NCBI GenBank assembly: GCA_046314385.1
Contig: JBKBWZ010000004.1
Span: 997 to 64,996, forward strand
Direction of reading: 5' to 3'
Origin: Alphaproteobacteria bacterium
GTDB lineage: Bacteria > Pseudomonadota > Alphaproteobacteria > Micavibrionales > UBA2020
DNA length: 64,000 bases
The stretch's first letter is position 1. The number at the start of each line of letters is the position of its first letter. Below are positions 17,781 to 26,397 of this stretch, one piece after another. The position numbers were made by a program, and so were the translations under genes. The notes under the pieces are model-generated. The model ran no database searches, was not told the DNA's origin, and saw only the letters and a list, made by a program, of their open reading frames with translations.

Positions 17781-17848
17781 CTGCACATAGTATGCACAGC
17801 CACGACAGATCAAGGACTTACGGCTGAAAGCTGCACGGAATCTGCACA
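17781..17848 (+). repeat. Two copies of a (C)TGCACA-N5-TGCACA 11-bp-phased direct-repeat pair upstream of the integrase gene
   Basis: CTGCACAtagtaTGCACA (17781-17798) and CTGCACGgaatCTGCACA (17831-17848). A third copy, CTGCACAagttCTGCACA, is at 32592-32609. Confidence 0.5.
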
Positions 17849-17863
17849 AAAAGGACAAGGGTT

Positions 17864-19153
17864 ATGGCCTTTATCATCGACAAAGAAGAACTGAAACCCG
17901 GCCTGATTATCTTCCGCCGGGGCGATGTGGAGCATAAGAATTTCTATTGCCGCATCAAACTTCCCAAGGCAGACCGCTATAAAACTATTTCCCTCAAGAC
18001 TTCCAATATCAACGAAGCCCGCGACCGCGCCTATGATTACGATGCAGATGTCAGGTTTCGGATAAAGCACGAAGTTCCGATATTCGATAAGCCCTTTAGT
18101 GATGTGTCCAAGGAATACATTGAATCCCAGAATTTACGCGCAAAGATGGGCGAGATTGGGCATGAGCGCGTCAGAAAGCTAAAATCTTCTGTCAACAACC
18201 ATTTAGACCCCTATGTAGGAAACATTCAAATCAGCATGATCGGTCAAGACCGATGGGCCAATTATCCCGCATGGCGGCGTGAACACGGGAAGGGCCAGTT
18301 TCGTGAGCAGGTCAGCGATGCCACGGTCAAATTTGAAATGATGATTTTCCGGGCCATCATGGATTTTGCCATCAAAAAACGCTACATCACCGCCGATAAG
18401 CGGTTTGAAGGAAGGCCGCAATTCAAGCTGATGCGCCGGGATGCGTTTTCTATTGAAGAATACCGCGCCTTGCACACGCGGGGCCGCGCATGGGTCAAGG
18501 CAGCGACCAAGGACTCAAGCATCTGGTATCGCACCATGACCTATAATTTCGTCCTTATCATGTGCAATACAGGGATGCGCCCGCCGGAAGCCAAAAATTT
18601 GCGCTGGCGGGATATTTCCAAAGGGAAAGACAAGGACGGACGCGATCTTATTATTCTGTCTGTCCGAGGCAAGGGAAAATCAAGGCAGCTTGTCGCCCCG
18701 CCGAGTGTCGGGGAATATCTCGACCGGGTTAAAGCCATGTCCAAATCCACCGGGCCGGACGACCCGGTATTTACGACCAAGGTAGGAAAAGCCACAAAAT
18801 CCCTTTATGCGGAGCTTGTAACCCAACTTTTAATAGAAGCGAAATTGCGCGAAGGCCCATCAGGGATTCCGCGCTCGACTTATTGTTTCCGTCATACTTA
18901 TGCAACATTCCGTTTAGGCGAAGGTGTTGACGTTTATTTTCTGGCGCAGCAAATGGGAACATCAGTTGAAATGATTGAACAGCATTACGGCCATGTAAAC
19001 ACCGTCAAACACGCCGACCGCGTGTTGCATGGCATGGGAAGCTGGGAATCCTTACCCGAAGACGACAACAAACCGGATAATAGCCAGAGCGGAAAAGCTG
19101 GGGCGGCCCGCCCCGGTCCCGAACGGCGCAAGAATCCAAAGGGCAAGAAATAA
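17864..19153 (+). CDS. int: Tyrosine-type site-specific integrase
   Basis: C-terminal catalytic region: NTGMRPPEAKNLRW..YCFRHTYATFRL..LAQQMGTSVEMIEQHYGH (R...HxxR...Y). Confidence 0.9.
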   Translation: MAFIIDKEELKPGLIIFRRGDVEHKNFYCRIKLPKADRYKTISLKTSNINEARDRAYDYDADVRFRIKHEVPIFDKPFSDVSKEYIESQNLRAKMGEIGHERVRKLKSSVNNHLDPYVGNIQISMIGQDRWANYPAWRREHGKGQFREQVSDATVKFEMMIFRAIMDFAIKKRYITADKRFEGRPQFKLMRRDAFSIEEYRALHTRGRAWVKAATKDSSIWYRTMTYNFVLIMCNTGMRPPEAKNLRWRDISKGKDKDGRDLIILSVRGKGKSRQLVAPPSVGEYLDRVKAMSKSTGPDDPVFTTKVGKATKSLYAELVTQLLIEAKLREGPSGIPRSTYCFRHTYATFRLGEGVDVYFLAQQMGTSVEMIEQHYGHVNTVKHADRVLHGMGSWESLPEDDNKPDNSQSGKAGAARPGPERRKNPKGKK

Positions 19154-19184
19154 TCATTCTTCAAGGGCGGTTGAAACAGGGCTG

Positions 19185-19308
19185 CGAGTTCGCTGCACCA
19201 GCCGTCCTATATTTTCCGCCACCCATCCGATGCGCCGCTGGCGCGACTTCAATCGGAGGGATAAGCCACGCCATCAACCGGAAACGGGGGGATCGAGTTC
19301 GATGCACC
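19185..19308 (+). repeat. Two copies of the 15-mer CGAGTTCG(C/A)TGCACC, 109 bp apart, each preceded by GAAAC(A/G)GGG
   Basis: 19185-19199 and 19294-19308 match at 14/15 positions, immediately downstream of int. Confidence 0.5.
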
Positions 19309-19537
19309 CCGGTTTGTGGCATCATATAGAGGCAAGTTTGCCTGTTTAAGGCTTGTATGAGATTCGTACAATACCCTTGATTCTTTTAAACCCTCAACAC
19401 GACATAGCCGGATTTTAAGAAAAATCAGCGTGTTATATGTGGAAAGGCACATTTATGTATTTTTTATTGAATTCACTTTTGTAAAACCGTGAGATAGGTA
19501 ATTGCTAGTTTAATGCTGCGGTGATATATAAACGGCT

Positions 19538-19894
19538 ATGCGTGTATTCCTTATGCTCTTGATCTTTGCAATTGGATTCGGTGGTTATTCAGCCGCCGCA
19601 CATGCTTTTGCCGATGTTTCCTGCAACTCCGTTACTATGGGTCACGACACGGCAGGCATGACGGATTGCCCGGAAGGTCAGGCCGAAACAAGCAAGGCAG
19701 ATAATTCTAACGGTACAGCGTCAAAAGGCGCGTGTCTGGATTGTACCCATTGTTGCGCGTCCCATGCGCTCGGCCTTTCCGCTTACTTTCACAGCTTTCC
19801 CCCACAGGCTTCAGTCCTTAATCCCCTGACAGAAGCCGTACATCATAGCGACCTTTTATTCTCGCTTCTGCGCCCTCCCAAAAACCTCGTCTGA
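19538..19894 (+). CDS. Small secreted Cys/His-containing protein, CzcI-like (tentative)
   Basis: It has a signal peptide, MRVFLMLLIFAIGFGGYSAAAHA. It sits directly upstream of czcCBA-type genes. It contains CLDCTHCCASH. Confidence 0.5.
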   Translation: MRVFLMLLIFAIGFGGYSAAAHAFADVSCNSVTMGHDTAGMTDCPEGQAETSKADNSNGTASKGACLDCTHCCASHALGLSAYFHSFPPQASVLNPLTEAVHHSDLLFSLLRPPKNLV

Positions 19895-19992
19895 TTAAAG
19901 GGATTCTGGCCCGATTAGGCCTGTCCCTTCATGCCGCCCTGTAAAGGCGGCATTGCTCTTGATGCAATTTAATCACGACAAGGGACTTCAAA

Positions 19993-21306
19993 ATGACTAT
20001 TTCCGCAAAACGCCTGATGCTGGCGGGGTTTCTGGCGACTGCTTATTTAATATCTTCCCCCGCTTTGGCGCAAACAGCGACAGAGCCGCCCGCTATAGAG
20101 AAGCCCACCGCGCCCGCAACACTTGTTCTCGATCAGGCCATAGCGTGGGCCTTGGAACATTCGCCGGTGCTAGGCGCGTCCGCAAGCCGCGCTGACGCCG
20201 CCAATGCCAGCCGGTCACAGGCGGGCGCGTTGCCAAACCCTGAAATCTCTATTGAGGCTGAAAACATATACGGCGACGGCCCCTATGATGGAATGGACGG
20301 CGCAGAAATTACCTATGGTGTTTCGCAGCTTGTCGAACTGCCGGGCAAGCGTGGTAGCCGCGTCCGGGTGGCCGAAGCCGAAAAAACAAAGATTCATTAT
20401 GCCCACGACGGTGCGCGGCTTGATCTGATACGGGACGTAACAATCGCCTATGCGGAATTGGTCGCCGCGCAGCGTGATCTTGCCGTGATCGAGGAAGAAC
20501 GCAACCTTGCGGCGGAAGTGCGGAACAGCGTCGCCGCCAGAGTGGACGCCGGAAAAGAGCCGCCTATCCAAAGAAACAAGGCCGAGATTGAGCTTTCTTC
20601 AAGCGATATCGCGCTTGAACGCGCGCGCCGCGTCGTAAATACAAAAAGGAAGGTACTGGAAAGCTTGATGGGCGGTAACTTGGGCGACTTTATCGTTGAT
20701 GCGCAAACCCTTCCCACGTTAGCAGAACCGGAGCCGTTCATGTATTACAGGGAACAGCTTGTTAGAACCCCCGACGTTAAAAGCTTTGAGGCCGATGTCA
20801 CACAAGCACAATCCGCGCTATCCTTGGAAAAAGCCAATGCCTTCCCCGACCCGACATTAGGCTTTGGCGTAAAGCAATTTCGCGAAGATGATCGTCAGGC
20901 TTTCGTGGCGGGTATTTCCTTGCCGCTTCCGGTCTTCAATATCAATCGCGCGGGCATACAACGCGCCGGGCATGAATTGAATGCCGCGAAACTGGAACAG
21001 CGCAGCGGGCAATTATCGCTGGAATTCTCATTAACGGAAGCATACGAAAATTTTGTAAGCGCATACCGCGAAGCAAGCGCGCTGAATGATTCCGTTTTGC
21101 CGGGAGCCGAGGAAGCCTTTTCATTTTCCCGCCAAGGATATGACGCGGGCAAATTCGGCTATCTGGAAGTCTTGGACGCGCAGCGCACCTTGTTTGACGC
21201 CCGCAGGCAATATAACGAGGCCATTTTCGATTACTACAAACAGCGCGCCATTATCGAACGCATGACCGCAATCCACGCGCATGAAAACACTTCTCACAAG
21301 GAATAA
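19993..21306 (+). CDS. czcC: TolC-family outer membrane factor of the metal RND efflux system
   Basis: It has a signal peptide, two OEP-type repeats and the right length, and it is first in the CBA order. Confidence 0.85.
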   Translation: MTISAKRLMLAGFLATAYLISSPALAQTATEPPAIEKPTAPATLVLDQAIAWALEHSPVLGASASRADAANASRSQAGALPNPEISIEAENIYGDGPYDGMDGAEITYGVSQLVELPGKRGSRVRVAEAEKTKIHYAHDGARLDLIRDVTIAYAELVAAQRDLAVIEEERNLAAEVRNSVAARVDAGKEPPIQRNKAEIELSSSDIALERARRVVNTKRKVLESLMGGNLGDFIVDAQTLPTLAEPEPFMYYREQLVRTPDVKSFEADVTQAQSALSLEKANAFPDPTLGFGVKQFREDDRQAFVAGISLPLPVFNINRAGIQRAGHELNAAKLEQRSGQLSLEFSLTEAYENFVSAYREASALNDSVLPGAEEAFSFSRQGYDAGKFGYLEVLDAQRTLFDARRQYNEAIFDYYKQRAIIERMTAIHAHENTSHKE

Positions 21307-21310
21307 GACC

Positions 21311-22588
21311 ATGAAAAAAACAAAGCTAAAAACATTCTTGATTGCGTCGGTGGCGGTTGCCGCGCTGCTCGGCGGGTTCGCCTATAAGGAATTCACGCCA
21401 CCGAGTTATGCCGCTGAAGAACATGGCGACGCGCACGGCCATGAGGAAGGCGAGGAAAGCCATGATGAAGGCACGGAAAAGCACGGCCACGCGCATGAGG
21501 ACGGCCACGGTCATGGCGGCGAAGGCGGCCATGCGGAGGAAGGTCAGGTTTCTTTAAGCGCAGCGCAAATCACGGCTGCCGGTATCAAGGTGGCCGCCGT
21601 CGGCCCCGGCAGACTGGCGCGCGAGGTTTCCGTTCCGGGTAAGATCGTCGCGTCCGCCGACCGCATGGCGCAGATTGTTCCGAAAGTAAGCGGCACTGTG
21701 ACAGAGGCCAGAAAAAATTTAGGCGATACGGTCGAGAAAGGCGAAATACTGGCCTTGATTGAAAGCCGGGAAATGGCGGAATCGGTCGCAGATTATCTGG
21801 CTGCAAAACGCGGCGAGGAACTGGCACGCACGAATTTCAATCGTGAAAAAGGATTGTGGGATAAGAAAATCACCGCGGAACAGGATTTCTTGAGCGCAAA
21901 AAACGCGCATCAGGAGGCAAGAATTCGCCTTGATCTGACCCGCCAGAAGTTACAGGCATTAGGCCACGACGCAGAAACGCTCAAAGCCTATGAAAGCACC
22001 AATGCCGACAGATTGCGGTTTCATGAATTGCGTTCCCCTTTGCCGGGGCGCGTGATCGCGCGTGAATTGACGCTGGGGGAATATGTGGATTCCACGCATT
22101 CCGCTTATACGGTCGCGGATTTAAGCATGGTTTGGGTGGAAACGGCGATTGCGCCGGGCGACCTGCCTTTCGTCAAGGAAGGGCAAAGCGCAAACGTCAC
22201 CGGCAGTGGTAACAGGGCTGAGGGAAAGCTGATTTTCATCAGCCCCGCCATTGACACAGAAACGCGTTCCGCCAAGGCGATTATTGAACTGGACAATGCA
22301 GACGGCGCATGGCGGCCAGGCGAATTTGCAAACGCCGCGATTGCGACCTCCGCGCAGGAAACGGATTTGATTATTCCGAAAGAGGCGGTGCAGACCATTG
22401 AAGGAAAGCCTGCCGTTTTTGTACGGACAGGCAAGGGCTTTGAAAAGCGCGACGTAACGATAGGCCGGGAAGACAGCCGCCATGTAGAAATTATTTCCGG
22501 CGTCGAATTTGGTGAACCCATTGCCGTTTCCAATACATTCACGCTCAAGGCCGAGCTTGGAAAATCCGAAGCCGAACACGCCCACTAA
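21311..22588 (+). CDS. czcB: RND periplasmic adaptor (membrane fusion protein) with a His-rich N-terminal segment
   Basis: The start MKKTKLKTFLIAS is at 21311. The His-rich stretch is EEHGDAHGHEEGEESHDEGTEKHGHAHEDGHGHGGEGGHAEEG. HlyD-like motifs follow. Confidence 0.85.
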   Translation: MKKTKLKTFLIASVAVAALLGGFAYKEFTPPSYAAEEHGDAHGHEEGEESHDEGTEKHGHAHEDGHGHGGEGGHAEEGQVSLSAAQITAAGIKVAAVGPGRLAREVSVPGKIVASADRMAQIVPKVSGTVTEARKNLGDTVEKGEILALIESREMAESVADYLAAKRGEELARTNFNREKGLWDKKITAEQDFLSAKNAHQEARIRLDLTRQKLQALGHDAETLKAYESTNADRLRFHELRSPLPGRVIARELTLGEYVDSTHSAYTVADLSMVWVETAIAPGDLPFVKEGQSANVTGSGNRAEGKLIFISPAIDTETRSAKAIIELDNADGAWRPGEFANAAIATSAQETDLIIPKEAVQTIEGKPAVFVRTGKGFEKRDVTIGREDSRHVEIISGVEFGEPIAVSNTFTLKAELGKSEAEHAH

Positions 22589-22605
22589 GAAAGCTGGAAA
22601 TTATC

Positions 22606-25600
22606 ATGATTGAACGTATCCTTAAATTCTCTATCGCGCACCGGCTGTTAATCGTCATGATGACCGCCGTTCTGACGGCGTATGGCCTGTATTCCCTGAG
22701 CAAGCTTCCTATCGACGCCGTGCCGGATATCACAAACAATCAGGTGGCAATCAATATTGAAGTGCCGTCTTTGTCCCCGTTCGAGGTCGAAAAGCAAGTT
22801 ACCTATCCTATCGAAACGGCAATGGCGGGCATTCCCGGTCTTGTCTATACGCGGTCGATCTCGCGTAACGGTTTCGCGCAGATCACGGTTATTTTCGAGG
22901 ATAAGGTCGATCTTTATTTTGCGCGCGCGCAAGTCAATGAACGTCTGACCACAGCCAAGGAATCTTTGCCGGAAGGCGCAGAGCCGCGCATGGGCGCGAT
23001 TTCAACCGGCCTTGGTGAAATCTATATGTGGACGGTCGAATATGAAGACCCGAACGCGCCCTATACCACGCCGGAAGGCCGGGTGCTGGCAAATGAATTT
23101 GAAAAAGCCATGTATCTGCGAACAGTGCAGGACTGGATTATCCGCCCGCAGCTTAAAACCGTTCCGGGCGTTGCGGAAGTTGACGCTATCGGCGGATACG
23201 CGCAACAATATCATGTGCAGCCCGACCCGCAAAAACTGGCCGCGCTTGGCCTGTCCTTTTCCGATGTGATCGAAGCGCTTGAACGAAACAACGCCAGCAC
23301 CGGCGCGGGATTTCTTGAACAAAAGGGAGAGTCTTATGTTGTGCGCGCAGACGGGCGGCTGGAAACGATTGAACAAATCGGCAATGTCGTTTTATCAACC
23401 CGCGGCGGCATTCCTTTATATGTGAAAGATGTGGCAAATGTTGCGCTTGGCAAGGAATTACGGACAGGAAGCGCCAGCGAAAATGGGCATGAGGTCGTCG
23501 TAGGGACAGCCATGATGCTGAAAGGCGAAAACAGCCGGATTGTTTCCAAGGCCGTTGACGCAAAACTGGCGGAAATCAATAGAACCCTTCCCGAAGGCGT
23601 CAAAGCAAAGACTGTTCTGAACCGCACCAAGCTGGTGGATGCCACCATTCACACGGTACAAAAAAACCTTGGTGAAGGCGCATTACTGGTCGTTGTCGTT
23701 CTGTTTTTGCTGCTTGGCAATTTCCGCGCGGCCCTGATTACGGCGCTTGTTATTCCTATCGCCATGATGATGACTGCCACCGGCATGTTAAAAATGGGTA
23801 TCAGTGCGAATCTTATGAGCCTTGGCGCTCTGGATTTTGGCCTGATTGTGGACGGCGCGGTGATCGTGACCGAAAACTGCCTGCGCCGCCTTTCCGAACG
23901 GCAACACCATGAGGGCCGCCTTTTAACCTTGTCGGAACGCATGGAAGAAGTAATGGAAGCCAGCCGCCAGATGATTCAGCCCGCCGTTTTCGGACAGGCT
24001 ATTATTATCACGGTTTATTTGCCGTTGCTGACCTTCTCCGGCGTTGAAGGCAAAATGTTTGAACCTATGGCCATGACGGTCATTATCGCGCTGGTCGCCG
24101 CCTTCATTCTGTCCATCACTTTTATCCCGGCTATGATTGCCATGTTTATCCGCGGCAAGGTTGAAGAAAAAGAAAACCGTATCATTGCGAAAGCGAAATC
24201 CGGCTATGCGCCTATGCTGAATTGGAGCCTGCAAAGACCAAAAACGGTTATTCTCGCCGCGCTTGCGTTTTTTGTGTTTTCAATGCTGGTGGGAACACGG
24301 CTAGGACAGGAATTTATCCCGACGCTCGATGAAAAAGATATCGCCATGCACGCTATGCGTATTCCTAGCACCGGCATATCCGAATCCACCGCCATGCAGT
24401 TGCAGGTGGAAAAGGCTATCAGCGCATTACCGGAAGTCGCGTTTGTCTATTCCAAGACCGGCACGGCTGAAATGGCCGCCGACCCCATGCCGCCCAACGT
24501 ATCGGATACATTCGTCATTTTAAAATCCAAAGATGAGTGGCCGGATAAATCCATGACCAAGGCAAAGTTTATTGAAAAACTTTCTGCCGCCGTCGAACAG
24601 GTGCCGGGCAATAACTATGAATATACGCAACCTATTCAAATGCGCTTTAACGAGTTGATAGCGGGCGTTCGCAGCGACGTAGCAATAAAGGTTTATGGCG
24701 ACGATTTTGACGTTATGGGCGCGACCGCGAATAGAATTGCCTCTGCCCTTCGCGGGGTAGCGGGCGCGGCGGACGTAAAGGTTGAACAGGTAACGGGTTT
24801 GCCCATGCTGGATATCGACCTGAATAAAGGGGCGATTGCCCGCTATGGCCTCAATATCGGGGATATCCTTGATCTGATTGCGGTGGCGATAGGTGGACAG
24901 GAAGCGGGCCTCATCTTTGAAGGCGACAGGCGTTTTCCCATTGTGGTGCGCTTGCCCGAAGAAATCAGGCAGGATATCCCCGCGCTTGAAAACCTGCCCG
25001 TTCCCGTACCGCATGAAAACGGCGGACGCGGCGCGTTCGTGCCTTTGAAGGAATTGGCCAGCTTCCGCCTTTCCGAAGGGCCAAACCAGATCAGCCGCGA
25101 AAACGGCAAACGGCGCGTGGTCGTACAGGCCAACGTCCGGGGCCGGGATATCGGTTCTTTCGTGGCGGAAGCGCAAGACGTACTCAGTGAACAGGTTGCA
25201 ATCCCTTCCGGCTATTGGCTGGACTGGGGCGGGCAGTTTGAAAATCTTGAGGCGGCGCGCGCCCGCTTGATGATCGTCGTCCCGGCGTGTTTCTTCCTGA
25301 TTTTCATGATGCTGTTTACGGCCCTTGGCTCGGCCAAACAAGCATTGCTTGTTTTCAGCGGCGTTCCATTGGCGATATCGGGCGGCATTTTAACGCTGTA
25401 TCTGCGCGACATGCCGTTTTCAATTCCGGCGGCGGTGGGCTTTATCGCCCTGTCCGGTATTGCCGTCCTGAATGGCTTGGTGATGATTACCTATATCAAT
25501 CATCTTGTCGCAAAAGGCATTGCGACCGGCGAGGCGATTGTGCAAGGGGCTTTAACGCGGCTGCGGCCTGTCCTTATGACCGCACTTGTAGCTTCGCTTG

Positions 25601-25791
25601 GTTTCGTGCCTATGGCTTTGGCGACCGGCACCGGGGCCGAAGTGCAGAAACCGCTGGCAACCGTCGTGATCGGCGGGCTAGTCACGGCCACGCTGCTGAC
25701 TTTGATTGTTCTGCCCGCGCTTTACAAACTGTTCTCAAAGAAAGACCAGGCCGTCGGGGATGAAGAATTTTTAGAAAGCATAACACACTGA
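22606..25791 (+). CDS. czcA: CzcA/CusA-family heavy-metal RND efflux pump
   Basis: 1061 aa with the N-terminus MIERILKFSIAHRLLIVMMT..LPIDAVPDITNNQV typical of the HME-RND family. Confidence 0.95.
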   Translation: MIERILKFSIAHRLLIVMMTAVLTAYGLYSLSKLPIDAVPDITNNQVAINIEVPSLSPFEVEKQVTYPIETAMAGIPGLVYTRSISRNGFAQITVIFEDKVDLYFARAQVNERLTTAKESLPEGAEPRMGAISTGLGEIYMWTVEYEDPNAPYTTPEGRVLANEFEKAMYLRTVQDWIIRPQLKTVPGVAEVDAIGGYAQQYHVQPDPQKLAALGLSFSDVIEALERNNASTGAGFLEQKGESYVVRADGRLETIEQIGNVVLSTRGGIPLYVKDVANVALGKELRTGSASENGHEVVVGTAMMLKGENSRIVSKAVDAKLAEINRTLPEGVKAKTVLNRTKLVDATIHTVQKNLGEGALLVVVVLFLLLGNFRAALITALVIPIAMMMTATGMLKMGISANLMSLGALDFGLIVDGAVIVTENCLRRLSERQHHEGRLLTLSERMEEVMEASRQMIQPAVFGQAIIITVYLPLLTFSGVEGKMFEPMAMTVIIALVAAFILSITFIPAMIAMFIRGKVEEKENRIIAKAKSGYAPMLNWSLQRPKTVILAALAFFVFSMLVGTRLGQEFIPTLDEKDIAMHAMRIPSTGISESTAMQLQVEKAISALPEVAFVYSKTGTAEMAADPMPPNVSDTFVILKSKDEWPDKSMTKAKFIEKLSAAVEQVPGNNYEYTQPIQMRFNELIAGVRSDVAIKVYGDDFDVMGATANRIASALRGVAGAADVKVEQVTGLPMLDIDLNKGAIARYGLNIGDILDLIAVAIGGQEAGLIFEGDRRFPIVVRLPEEIRQDIPALENLPVPVPHENGGRGAFVPLKELASFRLSEGPNQISRENGKRRVVVQANVRGRDIGSFVAEAQDVLSEQVAIPSGYWLDWGGQFENLEAARARLMIVVPACFFLIFMMLFTALGSAKQALLVFSGVPLAISGGILTLYLRDMPFSIPAAVGFIALSGIAVLNGLVMITYINHLVAKGIATGEAIVQGALTRLRPVLMTALVASLGFVPMALATGTGAEVQKPLATVVIGGLVTATLLTLIVLPALYKLFSKKDQAVGDEEFLESITH

Positions 25792-25829
25792 TTATAGATT
25801 TAACCCCAACCCTAACAGGAGTGAATAGA

Positions 25830-26309
25830 ATGAAACAAAGACTGCTTTTAACAACGCTAAGCGTTCTGGCTTTATCATTTCCGGCATACGCGGAAGATGG
25901 ACACGGCCATGCAGACGATAAGGTACATGCTCATGAATCTTTCGAAGCGCATGGCGACGGGCATGGTCATGATGACGGAAAGCCTCATTTTTCCGTCGCC
26001 AAGCCGGACAGCGCGGCGGCGGCATGGGCTTTAATAGATGAAACCATTGTTGCTGCTGAAAAGGCTATTGAAGCGGGTAACGCGGACGCTTTACATGAAT
26101 CCGGCGAAAAATTTGAGGCCGCCGTTAAAGCCCTGCAAGATTTTTCCGATAAAGGTAATGAACGGTTGGGGCAAGCCCTTGGACAGCTTTCAAAGACGGT
26201 TGATCGTTTCCACCATGCGGCGGAAGATAACGACAAGGCGGGTGCCTCCGAGTCGCTTTCTCTTTTGGCTTCACAAAAGGATTTAGTGAAAACACTGTAT
26301 CAGCCGTAA
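25830..26309 (+). CDS. Periplasmic His-rich protein (putative metal-binding accessory)
   Basis: Signal peptide MKQRLLLTTLSVLALSFPAYA, followed by EDGHGHADDKVHAHESFEAHGDGHGHDDGKPH. Confidence 0.6.
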   Translation: MKQRLLLTTLSVLALSFPAYAEDGHGHADDKVHAHESFEAHGDGHGHDDGKPHFSVAKPDSAAAAWALIDETIVAAEKAIEAGNADALHESGEKFEAAVKALQDFSDKGNERLGQALGQLSKTVDRFHHAAEDNDKAGASESLSLLASQKDLVKTLYQP

Positions 26310-26397
26310 CGGCGCAATTCCCTGAATAAATAATAGAGAGGGTGCGGCCTGAAAAACCGCACCCTCCTGTAACCAGACTATAGAAAGTTTTTAAGAT

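Noticed and set aside
19171-19320. Possible tRNA or tmRNA fragment (GAGTTCGAT-like T-arm strings) as the integrase target
   Set aside because: I cannot draw an acceptor, D or anticodon arm. There is no GTTCRANYC T-loop with a 5-bp stem and no CCA context. I keep it only as a repeat observation.
21400-21545. Repetitive GGCCACG/CATG-rich DNA, considered as a tandem repeat or CRISPR-like array
   Set aside because: It is in frame within czcB and simply encodes the His/Gly/Glu-rich tract. There is no repeat-spacer architecture.
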